From Octopus vulgaris (taxonomy: Eukaryota), in the NCBI GenBank assembly GCA_951406725.2, contig OX597814.1, forward strand, positions 222,332,001 to 222,396,000: a stretch of DNA of 64,000 bases, written 5' to 3'. The position numbers and the translations under genes were made by a program. The notes under the pieces are model-generated. The model was not told the DNA's origin. It was given only the letters and a program-made list of their open reading frames with translations, and ran no database searches. Within the stretch, counting starts at the first letter, position 1; each line of letters opens with the position of its first letter. Of the stretch, positions 52,482-64,000 are shown piece after piece.

Positions 52482-53265
52482 TGAAGAGAGTGTGGTTTAA
52501 AGGAAGGAATAGTGGAAAGAACTGAATTCAAGATACAATGAATAATGAGTAACTCTTAAGGAAGTAATGATTGTCAGGAGGCGAAAAGAAAAGATGAAAT
52601 AAGTTGGTAAAATGATGGATGACCTGAGGACGAAAACATATCGTCTACGTCTAAAAGACAGCTATATAGAGCAGAGCAACAATGAGAAATGATTAATTGC
52701 AAGATAAACAGTAGCGGAATGCGATTTTGTGTTCACCAACGCAAACATAATAATACTGAACATTTGAGCAATAATGGTGGTGAAATGAAAGATCGTTAGT
52801 GTTGGATAATAATAATCGGAGAGCGTCAGATCTTAGTTCAGTACCGTTATATTCTGGATTTAGGTATGTTTTTTCTTTTTTGTTCTGTTTGCCGAATTCA
52901 GATTATACCCATGACGACTTGGTCTTTCGATATTCTGGGGCCTATAAAATAAGCTTACGTCGAATATAATCGATGAGATGTGTGATAGTGGCGCCCACAA
53001 TTACTATCAAAATATGATCACCAAAAATATGTGCTATCAAAAACAATGAATTTGTGTAAAAGAAACAAATTGTGTGAGAGATATTTATATTTCTCATGAA
53101 GAAAAAAAGTAGCAGTATAGTGTCATTTACGCTGGAGCTTATTTAACAAGATATAAGCGAAGCAGCAATGTTAAGATTCGAAATTAGGTTTAAGAAATCT
53201 TGAGCGCTGATGGGATTTTTACATCAGTTTTTTTAAGCTTTCTCTATATTGTGCCTTGGGAGAAT

Positions 53266-53457
53266 CATTCTTTTCTTTGCTACAAGGCCCGAAATTTCGG
53301 GTGAGGGGCCAGTTGATTAGACCGACGCCAGTACGCAACTGGTACTTAAGTTATCGACCCCGAAAGGATGAAAGGCAATGTCGACCTGGGCAGAATATGA
53401 ACTCAGAACGTAAAGACAGACGAAACACCGCTAACGTTTCTGCCAGCTCACTGCCTT
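53266..53457 (-). mobile_element. SINE family B, internally deleted
   Basis: Minus strand ggcagtgagctggcagaaacgttagcggtgtttcgtctg...gcctttcatcctttcggggtcgataacttaagtaccag. Confidence 0.85.
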
Positions 53458-55550
53458 CCTTCGAGAATCATGACGCCAATAATGATAATATACGCTCAGC
53501 CTCCATTGCAATTCTTTATTGATAGCCAATGGGTTAAATATCAAACCAACTAACAAATCAGTCGTTAAACATCTGATCGGTTATTTATTTCTTCATGAAA
53601 GTTCTTTTGTCGCTGTTCGCTACCATTTCAGTGACTCGGTGACACCCCTCCGCTCGCTACAAGGTCTGTACGGTTGTCTGAGAATTGGACTTACTTAAGT
53701 GTGTATAAGAGTGAGAATAAATGAAAATTTTGTGTGTGTGTGATGTGTATGTGTGTGTACGTGCGCGAGTGTACGTGCGTGTGCACCTGTGTATGGCGGT
53801 GTGTGTGCACACACGTGTGACTGCTCGTATATGTGCTTGTGAGTTTATGTGTGTGTTTGTGTGTGTACTAGCCATCCGTGACCTCTTTAAGGGTTCATTC
53901 ATTTGTCTATTTTTGGAGGGTTGGTGGGGGTCTGTCTTATATCTGCTGAAGATTTATGGGTCTAAGGTGTAGTTCCTTTATGTGGGGAGGGGGAAGAGAA
54001 GAGTGTAGGTGTGTGTGTGTGTAAGCATCTATATGTGGGTGTCAGTATCTGCATGCATACATGGGTGTGAGAGGGAGTGTGTGTTTCGCTTGCGCGTGTG
54101 TGCGGTCCAGGGAGTATGTGCGTATGTGCGGTTAAGTCGGTTCTATGAGTCAGTGAGTATGTTAGTGTGCGTGTGTGTGTGTGACCGTGGGAATATGAGT
54201 GAATTCCAGTATGTGTGAGTACGTATCTGTGCTTTTGTTCTTATGTGTGTGCTTATGTGTCCTTGTGTCCGTTTTTGTACGTTCTGGTGTGCGCGTGTGC
54301 CAGCGCATGTACGTGTGTGTGTGTGTGTGTGTAGTGTGTGTGCAGGTGTACCTGCGTATGTGTGTGTGTATGCGTAATGAGTGTGTATGCGTAGTGTGTA
54401 TGCCTGCACATATATCTGTACGTATGTGCGCGTGTGTTTGCGGATGTATGTGTGTACGCGCCGTGTGTGTATATGTGTGTGTGCGTGTGTGAGTGTGTGT
54501 TTATGGTTGTGTGTTCCCGTGTTCCTCTGTGAATGTGTGTTTATGCGTGCGGGTGTGTACTTGTCCGTCCGTGCGTGAGTGTGGATGTGTATCTCAGACT
54601 TGCACAAGTATAAGTAAGGAGGTCACAACAATTCGCATGAAAGGGGCCCCGGGTCGTTGTAAAGATGAAGGTCTGAAATCTTGAAGGAATACAGCAAATA
54701 GATCCCCTTCTCTACCAATTAGGGTTGAAACGCAAATTTGTTCTTGGAGGGATTTAAATTCAAAATGCAATGAATCGGAAGTAAGTGTTGCTAATTATTT
54801 TGTCCGAGATGCTAACGATTCTGGCAGCAAGTCACCTTCACTTAATATATTTCATTTGCACAACACATTTATATCTTGTGGAGGTTGGAATTAGCAAATA
54901 TCTAGTAAAAGACAGCTGTTTTGTTGCTTTATTATTTGTAATCTCAACAACCATTTCCCATTTCTGTTACATTTTAGATAAGAGGATACAAAATCCGGCT
55001 TCGTTCCAATTATTTCAATAACTGTGAGATAATTTCCCATTAATGAGAGAAGGCATAAATTATATTAATTATTGTTTTCTTATTTTACAAAAATAACCCC
55101 AGGTAAGGGAGTAAATATCCTCCTGAAACGGTTCTTTACATCACATTTATGTCAAGTTTTGGGAAGTTTCGGTTTAGAAATTACTAAATAGCAATATCAG
55201 GGGAGAAAGATATAGCCTATTATTTATAATTCTATTGTGTACTATAATCCCTTTTCTCGACTGATCTTACTGAAATTAAACTAATATACAATGTCAAAAA
55301 GCACAGTTGAAATCTGAGGTCCACTTCGGTTGGGTTTGAGTTAAGAATTCAAAGGGTTGCGTGCCAAATTTCATATGAAAGTGAATATTAAATTTATAAT
55401 ATTTCCCGTCATTACTTACGAACACACACACGCACATGGACACACACAGGCACACATATACATTCATATATATATGTAAATATATATATATATATACATT
55501 CAATTATACACACACACACACACATATATATATATATTGATATTGATATT

Positions 55551-55612
<62 letters not shown>

Positions 55613-55732
55613 TGAGTGTGTTTGTGTATTTGGATGTATGTGTGTGTACACGAAACAAAACAAATATTCGTTTCGAAGGAAAATATTGCCTCGAGGGCAT
55701 TTTATTATTTGCTTTCATTAATGTGTCTATTT

Positions 55733-55772
<40 letters not shown>

Positions 55773-56297
55773 CAATTTACAGCCAAACAGGATTGTAAAT
55801 AAAATTAGATACTATAAATAAAAAAAGCACCTTTTATTAAATTTCATTTAAATTTGAAAGCAATTATAAAAAATATATACGGCACACCTTTCTAAAATTT
55901 CCAAACTAATGTATGTGCATATGCATAGGTGTGCTTTGGTGTACATGTGCGTATCTGCATGTTGGTGCGTGTTCATGCGTGCGTGCATATGTGTGTGTGT
56001 GTGTGCGCGCGCGCGCGAGTGTGTGTGTATGTGTGTGTGTGTGTGTGCGTGTGCGTGTGTGTGTGTGTATGCGTGGGTCTGTATACGTGCTCGAGATTAT
56101 TTGTTTGTTTGGAGAGTCTCTGAATGTTTTACAAGAATTTCAATTAAACGTATTCTTTAGTTTTGATTGAAAATGTCAAAGAAGTATTCACTTGAAAAAC
56201 TGGAAATGATGAAATAAGAACAAAACTTATTTTACCGTTTTGGCATTTATGTTTTATTTAAACTATTTACAACAATAACATCATAAAGGACAGAAAC

Positions 56298-56317
56298 TAT
56301 TATCATTATTATTATTA

Positions 56318-56376
<59 letters not shown>

Positions 56377-56415
56377 TTCATTATTATCATTATTATTGTT
56401 ATTGTTGTTGTTATC

Positions 56416-56468
<53 letters not shown>

Positions 56469-56537
56469 CATTACTATTATTGTTGTTGTTGTTGTTTTTG
56501 CTACTGTTGTTGCTATTGTTGTTATTGTTCATATTAT
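56298..56537. repeat. Compound (ATT)n/(GTT)n microsatellite
   Basis: Direct inspection; source of poly-I/N/L ORFs. Confidence 0.95.
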
Positions 56538-58103
56538 TGAAGTGTAAAATTAATAATGGCAAAGTGCCATGTTTTTTTCCCTCAGAAGGGGTTCGTTGCA
56601 GATCAATTAGATATGTTAGGGTTACAGTATAATAACAATTTTCTTCCACACATTCACAAGCGCATATTTATTCATTAGCAGAAAATACATACGAGCAAAT
56701 TCAATCCCCAAAATATTACAGATTGCACCGTCCTTCTATAAATTTGAAGAACTCAGGTGTGTTCTCATACTTTTACTATTAGTTTCTTCTTTGCCCCACT
56801 AACCATAAATCAACCGTTAACAGTTTTTCATAGGAAAAGGTGAGAGGTAGAGAATCATTAATTTCTTTAACATTGCTTCAAAATTGCTGATAGGGACCAG
56901 ACGATTATATCGATCATAGAATTTAGCTGATACAATTTTATTGCTCCGAGTAGCATCAACGGCAGATTTGCCCTTAGTGGGATAGGAATTCAAAACTGAA
57001 TCAGTAAGTAATAGTTAGAGCTGTATAGATTTTATCAATCAATAGCAATTTTTAAATATATCTATAACTAATATCCCTCACAACTAAATCCATGAAAATA
57101 AGCCTCTTTGAACAGGAACTCGGCTCATGATATTATATAAAAAAGATTAATTATTCAGCCTAAATACCGGTCTTGTCCATTAATCTGATACAGATTATCA
57201 ATGATTTCTTTCATTTGGATAATCTCTGATATGCAAGAGTTATGTTGGCAGAAGTCATTGCTTAACCATAATGTTTAAAAGGGTTAATCATGTCACGTGA
57301 TTGAAGGAATAATGTGCGAAAATGAATATAATGGAGACTAGAAAAAGAATCTTTAGGAATTGATGAAATTATTGACGACATTTAACTCGAGTCTCATCTG
57401 CCTGAGGTTTTCTCAATATATCTCGTAAATAATTCACAGTTTTCTCGTTTTTTTTCTTCTTTGTTTTGTTTTTCAATGAATCTGTCCTGGCTATCATTGC
57501 ATATTCCTAACGTATTCATTACTCTTTAAACGAAACCACACATAAAAAAACACATTCTCTTTTGTTTTTCGATTTTTAGTCGAAAAAGTAACGATATAAA
57601 TGTACGAAGTCTATATGTTATTTAACATAATTGTGTAATTATGTTTCTTCGAAAAACATTCGAAAATTCTGGGAAAATCAGCTGCTTATTATAATGGAAA
57701 TTTTTGAAATATGAAACTTCTAAAATATAATTTTCAGAACTTAAGCGATCATAAGTATAGAATGTTGATAAGATATGACTGAACGAAGCGTCTGGCATTA
57801 TCGAAAGTAAAATTGATAAGTACAATGTACGTAGGTGTATTTTTTGCAGAAGGTTAAGTGATCCATAATCAAACCTTTCGCAAGATAGTATACAAAGTCT
57901 TTAACGCCGAGAAAGTCTAAAGTGAAATTCACTTCAGACTCCTCATTTCTTTTACCATATGTCTGTACTTATTTTACCATATGTCTGCACTTATTTTTGA
58001 TAATGTCCAGTTGGTTACTTTCAGATGAACATTTCTTCCTTACTATTATGATACAGAAACTAATGAAACAATACAGCTATGTAGAGTTAAAAGATATGAA
58101 GAT

Positions 58104-58518
58104 AGGCGCAGGAGTGGCTGTGTGGTAAGTGTCTTGCTAACCAACCGCATGGTTCCGGGTTCAGTCCCACTGCGTGGCATCTTGGGCAAGTGTCTTCTGC
58201 TATAGCCCCGGGCCGACCAATGCCTTGTGAGTGGATTTGGTAGACGGAAACTGAAAGAAGCCTGTCGTATATATGTATATATATGTATGTGTGTGTGTGT
58301 ATTTGTGTGTCTGTGTTTGTCCCCCTAGCATTGCTTGACAACCGATGCTGGTGTGTGTACGTCCCCGTCACTTAGCGGTTCGGCAAAAGAGACCGATAGA
58401 ATAAGTACTGGGCTTACAAAGAATAAGTCCCGGGGTCGATTTGCTCGACTAAAGGCGGTGCTCCAGCATGGCCGCAGTCAAATGACTGAAACAAGTAAAA
58501 GAGTAAAAGAGTAAAGAG
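58104..58518 (+). mobile_element. Full-length tRNA-derived SINE family A (octopus-type)
   Basis: A box tggctgtgtggtaag, B-box-like gggttcagtccc, internal (TA)/(TG) tract, 3' ggcggtgctccagcatggccgcagtcaaatgactgaaac and (AGTAAAAG)n tail; at least 6 related copies in the window. Confidence 0.95.
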
Positions 58519-59226
58519 AATATACAAAATTACATACCATAGACATATTTATATATACAATGTCAAACGCCCATAAACCAGAGATTTGTGTAGCGGCGTA
58601 AGGTAAGATTACAAGAGTGTAAATACGGTATTATCTAAATAGTGTAGCATTGTGTGTGATCAAAAATACGTGTTTGTAAATATGTATACCAGTTTATGGT
58701 ATACTCAGTGTCTTATTAACCATAGTATAACCAGAGGAACCTCTCTGCTTCTTTCGATCTCTAAGTCTGTCCATTCTCTTCTCCTTACTCACTCTGCGTG
58801 TGTGCACGTTCACACACACACACCACACACACACATACACACACACAAACACACACACAAACACACACATACGTACGCACGCACACACAGACACACATAT
58901 ACGCAAATACACAAATGCATACACTCAGGCATACGTAATTATAAACATTTATGTATATGTAAATGTGTGTGTGTGTGTGCACTACACACTGTCAAATATT
59001 ATATACTTATACATATATATATGTATGTACATATGTGTGCGTATATATCTGTGTACACACCAAAACTGTTAATTGTAGCCCAAACTAATTGATCTGTTAG
59101 AGTACAATAGCAGCAGCTTTTCTTTGGTCATATCTTCCACTAGAGAAGCTAAACAAAAATCCGCCTCAACACAGAAGTCTCTTACAAATAGAAATGTATA
59201 AATACATAAATATAATGATAATAGAT

Positions 59227-59257
<31 letters not shown>

Positions 59258-59858
59258 TAATAATAACAGCCATCAATGTGATTTCTCTTTCTAAACACTT
59301 TCCCGAATTTGCGTATTTGGTTTTGTTTTCTTATTTATTTCTTCTGAAAAAAGGTTTCCATTTACCATATAATTTCATTGTCATGAATCATTTGTTTTAT
59401 AGATTGATGAACGATAATTATAAACAAAAGGAGTGGGGAAATACATTCGCATCTAAGGAATTGTGGAGATAGTTTTATTGTTATTAAATTGCAATTACGT
59501 CTAACTAGAATTAATTGACAACATCGATTCAGTTTTCTCTCGTTCGAACATGGTAGAAAAACAGACGAGATGTGTTGGTATGGGAAAAGAGAAATAAATA
59601 AATAACAAGGAACAGCTACATTGAAAGGAATAAGAAATAGAGTAGGAGTGAGGAAAATAGATCTTCTGCCTCTCCTGTGGTAGACTAACATCTTAATTAT
59701 AGACTGGGTTTAGAGTTTATTGTGGTCTATAGCATATTCCGTGGCATGAAGTGATATTTTGATGAATTATGAATAAAGAGGTATATATAAATCAGGGAGG
59801 TATATATATATATATATATATAACAGGTTTTGTTGAATTTTCTGCTGCTTTAAATAAA

Positions 59859-59938
<80 letters not shown>

Positions 59939-60044
59939 TATGTATGTATAACACAATTGTAAGTACACTATTCTTTTTCAGTTTTCATCTGAAATATATA
60001 TACGTATTATCTGTGTGTGCGCATATTCTCACGCATACATATAT

Positions 60045-60104
<60 letters not shown>

Positions 60105-60106
<2 letters not shown>

Positions 60107-60368
60107 AGGCGCAATGACACAGTGGTTAGGGTAGCGGTCTCGCGGTCGTAGGATCGCGGTTTTGATTCCCAGACTGGGCGTTGTGAATGTTTATAGAGCG
60201 AAAACACCTAAACCTCCACGAGGGAGTAGTGGAGATCCCTGCTGTACTCTTTCGCCACAACTTTCTCTCACTCTGTCTTCTGTTGGCTTGCTCGCCTAGC
60301 CAGCGGGGTGGTGTCATTTGAAGGCTAAAACAATGCGAAGCGCATTGAGACTAGCGATGTGTAGCAAT
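60105..60368 (+). mobile_element. tRNA-derived SINE (family D, tail type 2, Ceph-domain-like)
   Basis: Head and body shared with the 14392 copy; 3' part cctagccagcggggtggtgtcatttgaaggctaaaacaatgcgaagcgcattg differs. Confidence 0.85.
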
Positions 60369-61266
60369 ATTAAATATATTTCGTTGTATATTAGAAATAA
60401 TTTTCGCAAAATCAATAATCCACCAGGGATCACGATTTCGAAATCGTCTGAGAGTATCGCTCCTTCTAATGATACCGGGTTGCGTTGATGTTACCGGAGA
60501 ATAACCGGGCTCTTCTAGGTCTCTGTATAGGAAATATTACATTTAACATCTCAAGCAAGTAGCAGCTGTAATATTTCCAACCGGGAAGCTTCGTCGTTAT
60601 TGATTATAGATGTCCAACCATAACTTCATTCAAATCCACTTGAGGCTTATTGATACCAGCATTATTTAGAACCCTCGCTCTCCGCTTTCTTATATTTATG
60701 CTGTTTCCACGTCTCTTCTTGCTATCTCTCTATCGAAAACAACTGCTCGCACCTTTCTAACTATTGCAGTTGCTTGGGCGTTGTGCAATATTATTATTTT
60801 ACATTAGTAAAGAAGGACTCTGTTACGCCGCCAAGCCTAATTTCTGAAGGATAACTTTTATGCAGCCAGAATATGAGTTAATGATTTGAAATCTCAGGAT
60901 TGTTAATTGTCAGCATTGTTACTCAAAACCACAGCTTAAAAATGACCAGAATTCCAGGTTCCCCATACATTATTCTCGGAATATGACCCGCTCGTTATAT
61001 TTCTTATAACAGGTTCAACGATAGTCACCGTTGATATACAAGTGGATTATCTAAATATTCCTAGAAAAAGCCTGTTCCACTAGTATGTTAATCTTATTTG
61101 AATGGGTGGAAGGTGCTGGCGTCTCTCCAAACGCAATGGCTTGCTTCCTTTTCGTTAACCGTTTTCATATTAATATATATGCGTTAAAATCGAATAATGA
61201 GGAGTGGTGGATAAATATTGGAAACTTCTGGTCGACTTCTTAGCCCACAAATAAAGTATATGTGTG

Positions 61267-61373
<107 letters not shown>

Positions 61374-61644
61374 GCCAATAGGAAGAAAACTACAGCATGG
61401 ATATGAAAGCTAAAAGCTGATTTTTGTATACAATTTCCCGACGAAGACAATGTAAGTGGTCCCGAGTCTCTACCGGCCCTCTGAAGGGACCTACTGGCCC
61501 TTTTCCAGCACGTACAAAATCGCATTTCAAAAATAAATGAAAGCTCTAAGGATATTAATTTTTATATGCCACTTCTAAATTAACAATAAATGAAGGAAGG
61601 GTTTAAGGAAGATCATTTTTTATCGGATTAACAAACCACTTTTT

Positions 61645-63228
61645 TCTTCTTGTCGGTTTCAGCTCAAAGCTGCGGCCATGCTGGGTCACTGCCGTCTTGC
61701 TACACTGTTATTATTGACAGTCTCCTCTAATATGTGACATTTGGTGAATAAGGGAGTTTGATGTCACCTCTAGCTGCGAGGTAGGTTCATCTCGGACTCT
61801 CGATAGGAAGAAATTCAGTTGTGTTTAGAAAACACCTATATCCACTTTGTGTAGGTCCCTCAGGCTCACTGGGAGAATATTAAAAAGCTGTAGGCCCTTG
61901 AAACCCAGGCTTTTGCAGTAACTGGTCCTGAAGCACGACGGCACTGCTGGGATTTTTGGCCCTATGCAGTGGCTATCCGGTCTGGCATTTGCGAAGGTTT
62001 CAATGCCAAAATTTAGCACAATCCCTTCCAGGATCTTCCAAATGTATATTACTGCAAATCTCTCCCGCCTTCAGTCCAAGGAAAAGAGTCTGTTTTACCC
62101 TTTCCCAGTAGCTGAGCTGTTGCAATGACACGGTCTTCCTTGTAAATCTTTGCTGGATTGCTTCAAGTTCCGTTGTTAATATTACACTGTGGGGTGACCA
62201 TAGTTAGGAGCAGTAGTCCAGGCGGCTGAGAATGAATATCCTCCAGAGGATCATCATGGTTTCTTTCTCTCTAGTTCTCAAGGTTCTCAGGATCCATCCA
62301 TCCAGCCGTCTGCACTTAGTCGCCATCTTGGTAATGTGTACTTAGAAACAGGTATCATCACTCATGTTGATACCCAGGTCACACACTGATTTAGGTTCCG
62401 GGATTATAACCCCCCCCCCCCCCGTGTCAGTGTACCCTGTAAATTTTTCATTCAGTTTTGGTTGCCGGTAGCTCAGGGCTTGGAATTCTCCAGCATTAAA
62501 CTGCATATTGTTGTCCTCAGCTCATCTGTAAATTGCGTCCAACTCTTGCTGCAGGCGTGCAACATCGCTAGGGTTTTGTATTTTCAGCGAGACTTTCGTA
62601 TCGACTGCGTAGCTAGCAAGGGTGGCTATCCGAGCAGCTGAGGGCATTTCTGAGAGGGCCATTATGGAAAGCAGCAGTCCCAAGAGATTATCCCGTGGAA
62701 TATCACTCACTATTTGTGTTTCCTTTAAGGTAGTTCCATTGGCCACCACTGCCTGACTTCTGTCTTTCAGAAAGTCATGTAACCAATCTCCAAGTTTTCG
62801 AGCTAAGCCAGGATTTGTTTGTGGCATATCATACCATGATCAACTTCATCAAAAGCTTTTTCGAAGTCAAAGTATATTACATCCACATTTCAGTTGTCGA
62901 GTAACTGCTTCAATACCCAATCATAGCGTTGTAGGAACTGTGTCAGGCAGCTCCTACCTGGTCGGAAACCATGTTGGGCATCACTCAGCTAGTCGTTTTC
63001 TTCGAGAAATGCGATTAGTTTCCCTCTGAGTATTCGTTCCATGACTTGGCTGATATGCGAAGTCAGAGACATAAGCCTATAATTTTTGGAATCTGTTCTG
63101 TTTCCTTCTTTATGGATTGGATATATTATTCCCGCCTTCAATTTACTTGGCAGCTTGCCATTTGTAAGAAAACTCTAGAAAAGAACCTGTAGTGGCTGTA
63201 CAAGGGCACGTTTGCACGATTTGAATAA
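61645..63228 (-). mobile_element. 5'-truncated CR1-group LINE, RT pseudogene with 3' tail
   Basis: NYRLMSLTSHISQVMERI, QHGFRPGRSCLTQFL, VDVIYFDFEKAFDEVDHG, ASYAVDTK (YADD site), WAEDNNMQFNAGEF; 3' end ggcagtgacccagcatggccgcagctttgagctgaaac. Confidence 0.92.
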
Positions 63229-63274
63229 CTTGCCTAAGGGAAATTTTTATAGAGCTATTATATTTCTTCATTTT

Positions 63275-63632
63275 ATTTCAAAATATGGTGGGGTACTCTT
63301 CTGTAGATATGCCATCTGCGTAACATAACGACACGTTATATGACATGTGAGTGTATGGGAGTGTATAACTGTAATGAGCTCCATTACTTCATATTGCTGT
63401 AAGTATTATTTAATAAGTATGATTTTGCATTGGTTCGATATTTATATGTGTAGAAGGGAGAGATAAATTCGGTGGGGCACTCTTCTGTAGGTATGCAATA
63501 TGTGTAATATAACGACACACATAATAGCATGTATCGTTGTGTGTGTGTGTATGTGTGTGTGTGTGTGTGTGTGTACGTGCGTGCGTGCGTGTGTGTAACT
63601 GTAATAACCTCTAATACTTCATATTGTTATAA
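63275..63632. repeat. Two diverged tandem copies (about 185 bp) preceding the Helitron fragment
   Basis: ggtgggg.actcttctgtag.tatgc.at.tg.gtaa.ataacgacac and taactgtaat...tacttcatattg each occur twice. Confidence 0.8.
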
Positions 63633-63673
63633 GAAAAAGAGGAGCCGACGTAAAGGGTCATTCAAGTATAAAA

Positions 63674-63990
63674 TTGTTTGATTCGACAATCGGAAGAATT
63701 TACTCTGTGCATCCGGGTCACTTTGAATGTTTCGCTTTGAGGCTACTCTTTCATGAAGTAAGAAGGCCGACTTCCTTCTCCTTCCTAAGAACGATTGACG
63801 GTCAAACAGTCCCTACTTATAGAGAAGCCTGTTTAACCTTAAATGTGTTAAAAGATGACATAAAACAATGGCTGAGACACGCACACCTATTTTTTTGAGA
63901 GATCTTTCTGAAATTCTTCTCTTGAACTGTGAAGTAAGTAATCCATTGTGGCACAAATATAAGAATGATTTATCAGAAGACTAGAAATAT
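63674..63990 (+). mobile_element. Helitron Rep/helicase fragment (pseudogene)
   Basis: TIGRIYSVHPGHFECFALRLLFHEVRRPTSFSFLRTIDGQTVPTYREACLTLNVLKDD is the conserved Helitron linker between Rep and PIF1 helicase; followed by frameshifted LFSEILLLNCEVSNP. Confidence 0.9.
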
Positions 63991-64000
63991 CAAACACATT

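Noticed and set aside
52620-52670. CTGAGGA followed by hairpin gacga/tcgtc
   Set aside because: No properly placed GAAA, stem III or stem I partner.
60440-61140. Complex GC-richer stretch possibly from an old LINE (similarly 15700-16130)
   Set aside because: No interpretable conserved motif in the frames I could read.

Overview
AT-rich eukaryotic (animal) genomic DNA that is almost all intronic/intergenic and saturated with microsatellites ((TA)n, (CA)n, (TATG)n, (GA)n, (TAA)n, (GATA)n). The SINE families and repeat style point to an octopus (cephalopod) genome; this is inferred by recognition, not by a search. Most ORFs in the supplied track are microsatellite artefacts. Only one host coding exon is well supported: a 243-nt symmetric phase 1-1 PAN/Apple-domain exon on the minus strand (50406-50648). 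The rest is transposon debris: several tRNA-derived SINE families; CR1-group, R4/Dong, HERO-like and Tx1-like LINE fragments; a Penelope-like GIY-YIG fragment; mariner, DD37D-like (maT) and DD37E (TRT) Tc1/mariner relics; and Helitrons. The most interesting signal is a set of type I hammerhead-ribozyme motifs in small non-coding Penelope/retrozyme-like elements sitting in (TA)n tracts. It includes a tandem+inverted unit of about 500 bp and two about 300-bp foldback elements whose symmetry axis falls in what looks like hammerhead stem II. A second signal is a Tx1-tailed SINE/LINE pair whose junctions all fall inside other SINEs. Coordinates of degenerate repeats were read by eye and are approximate.
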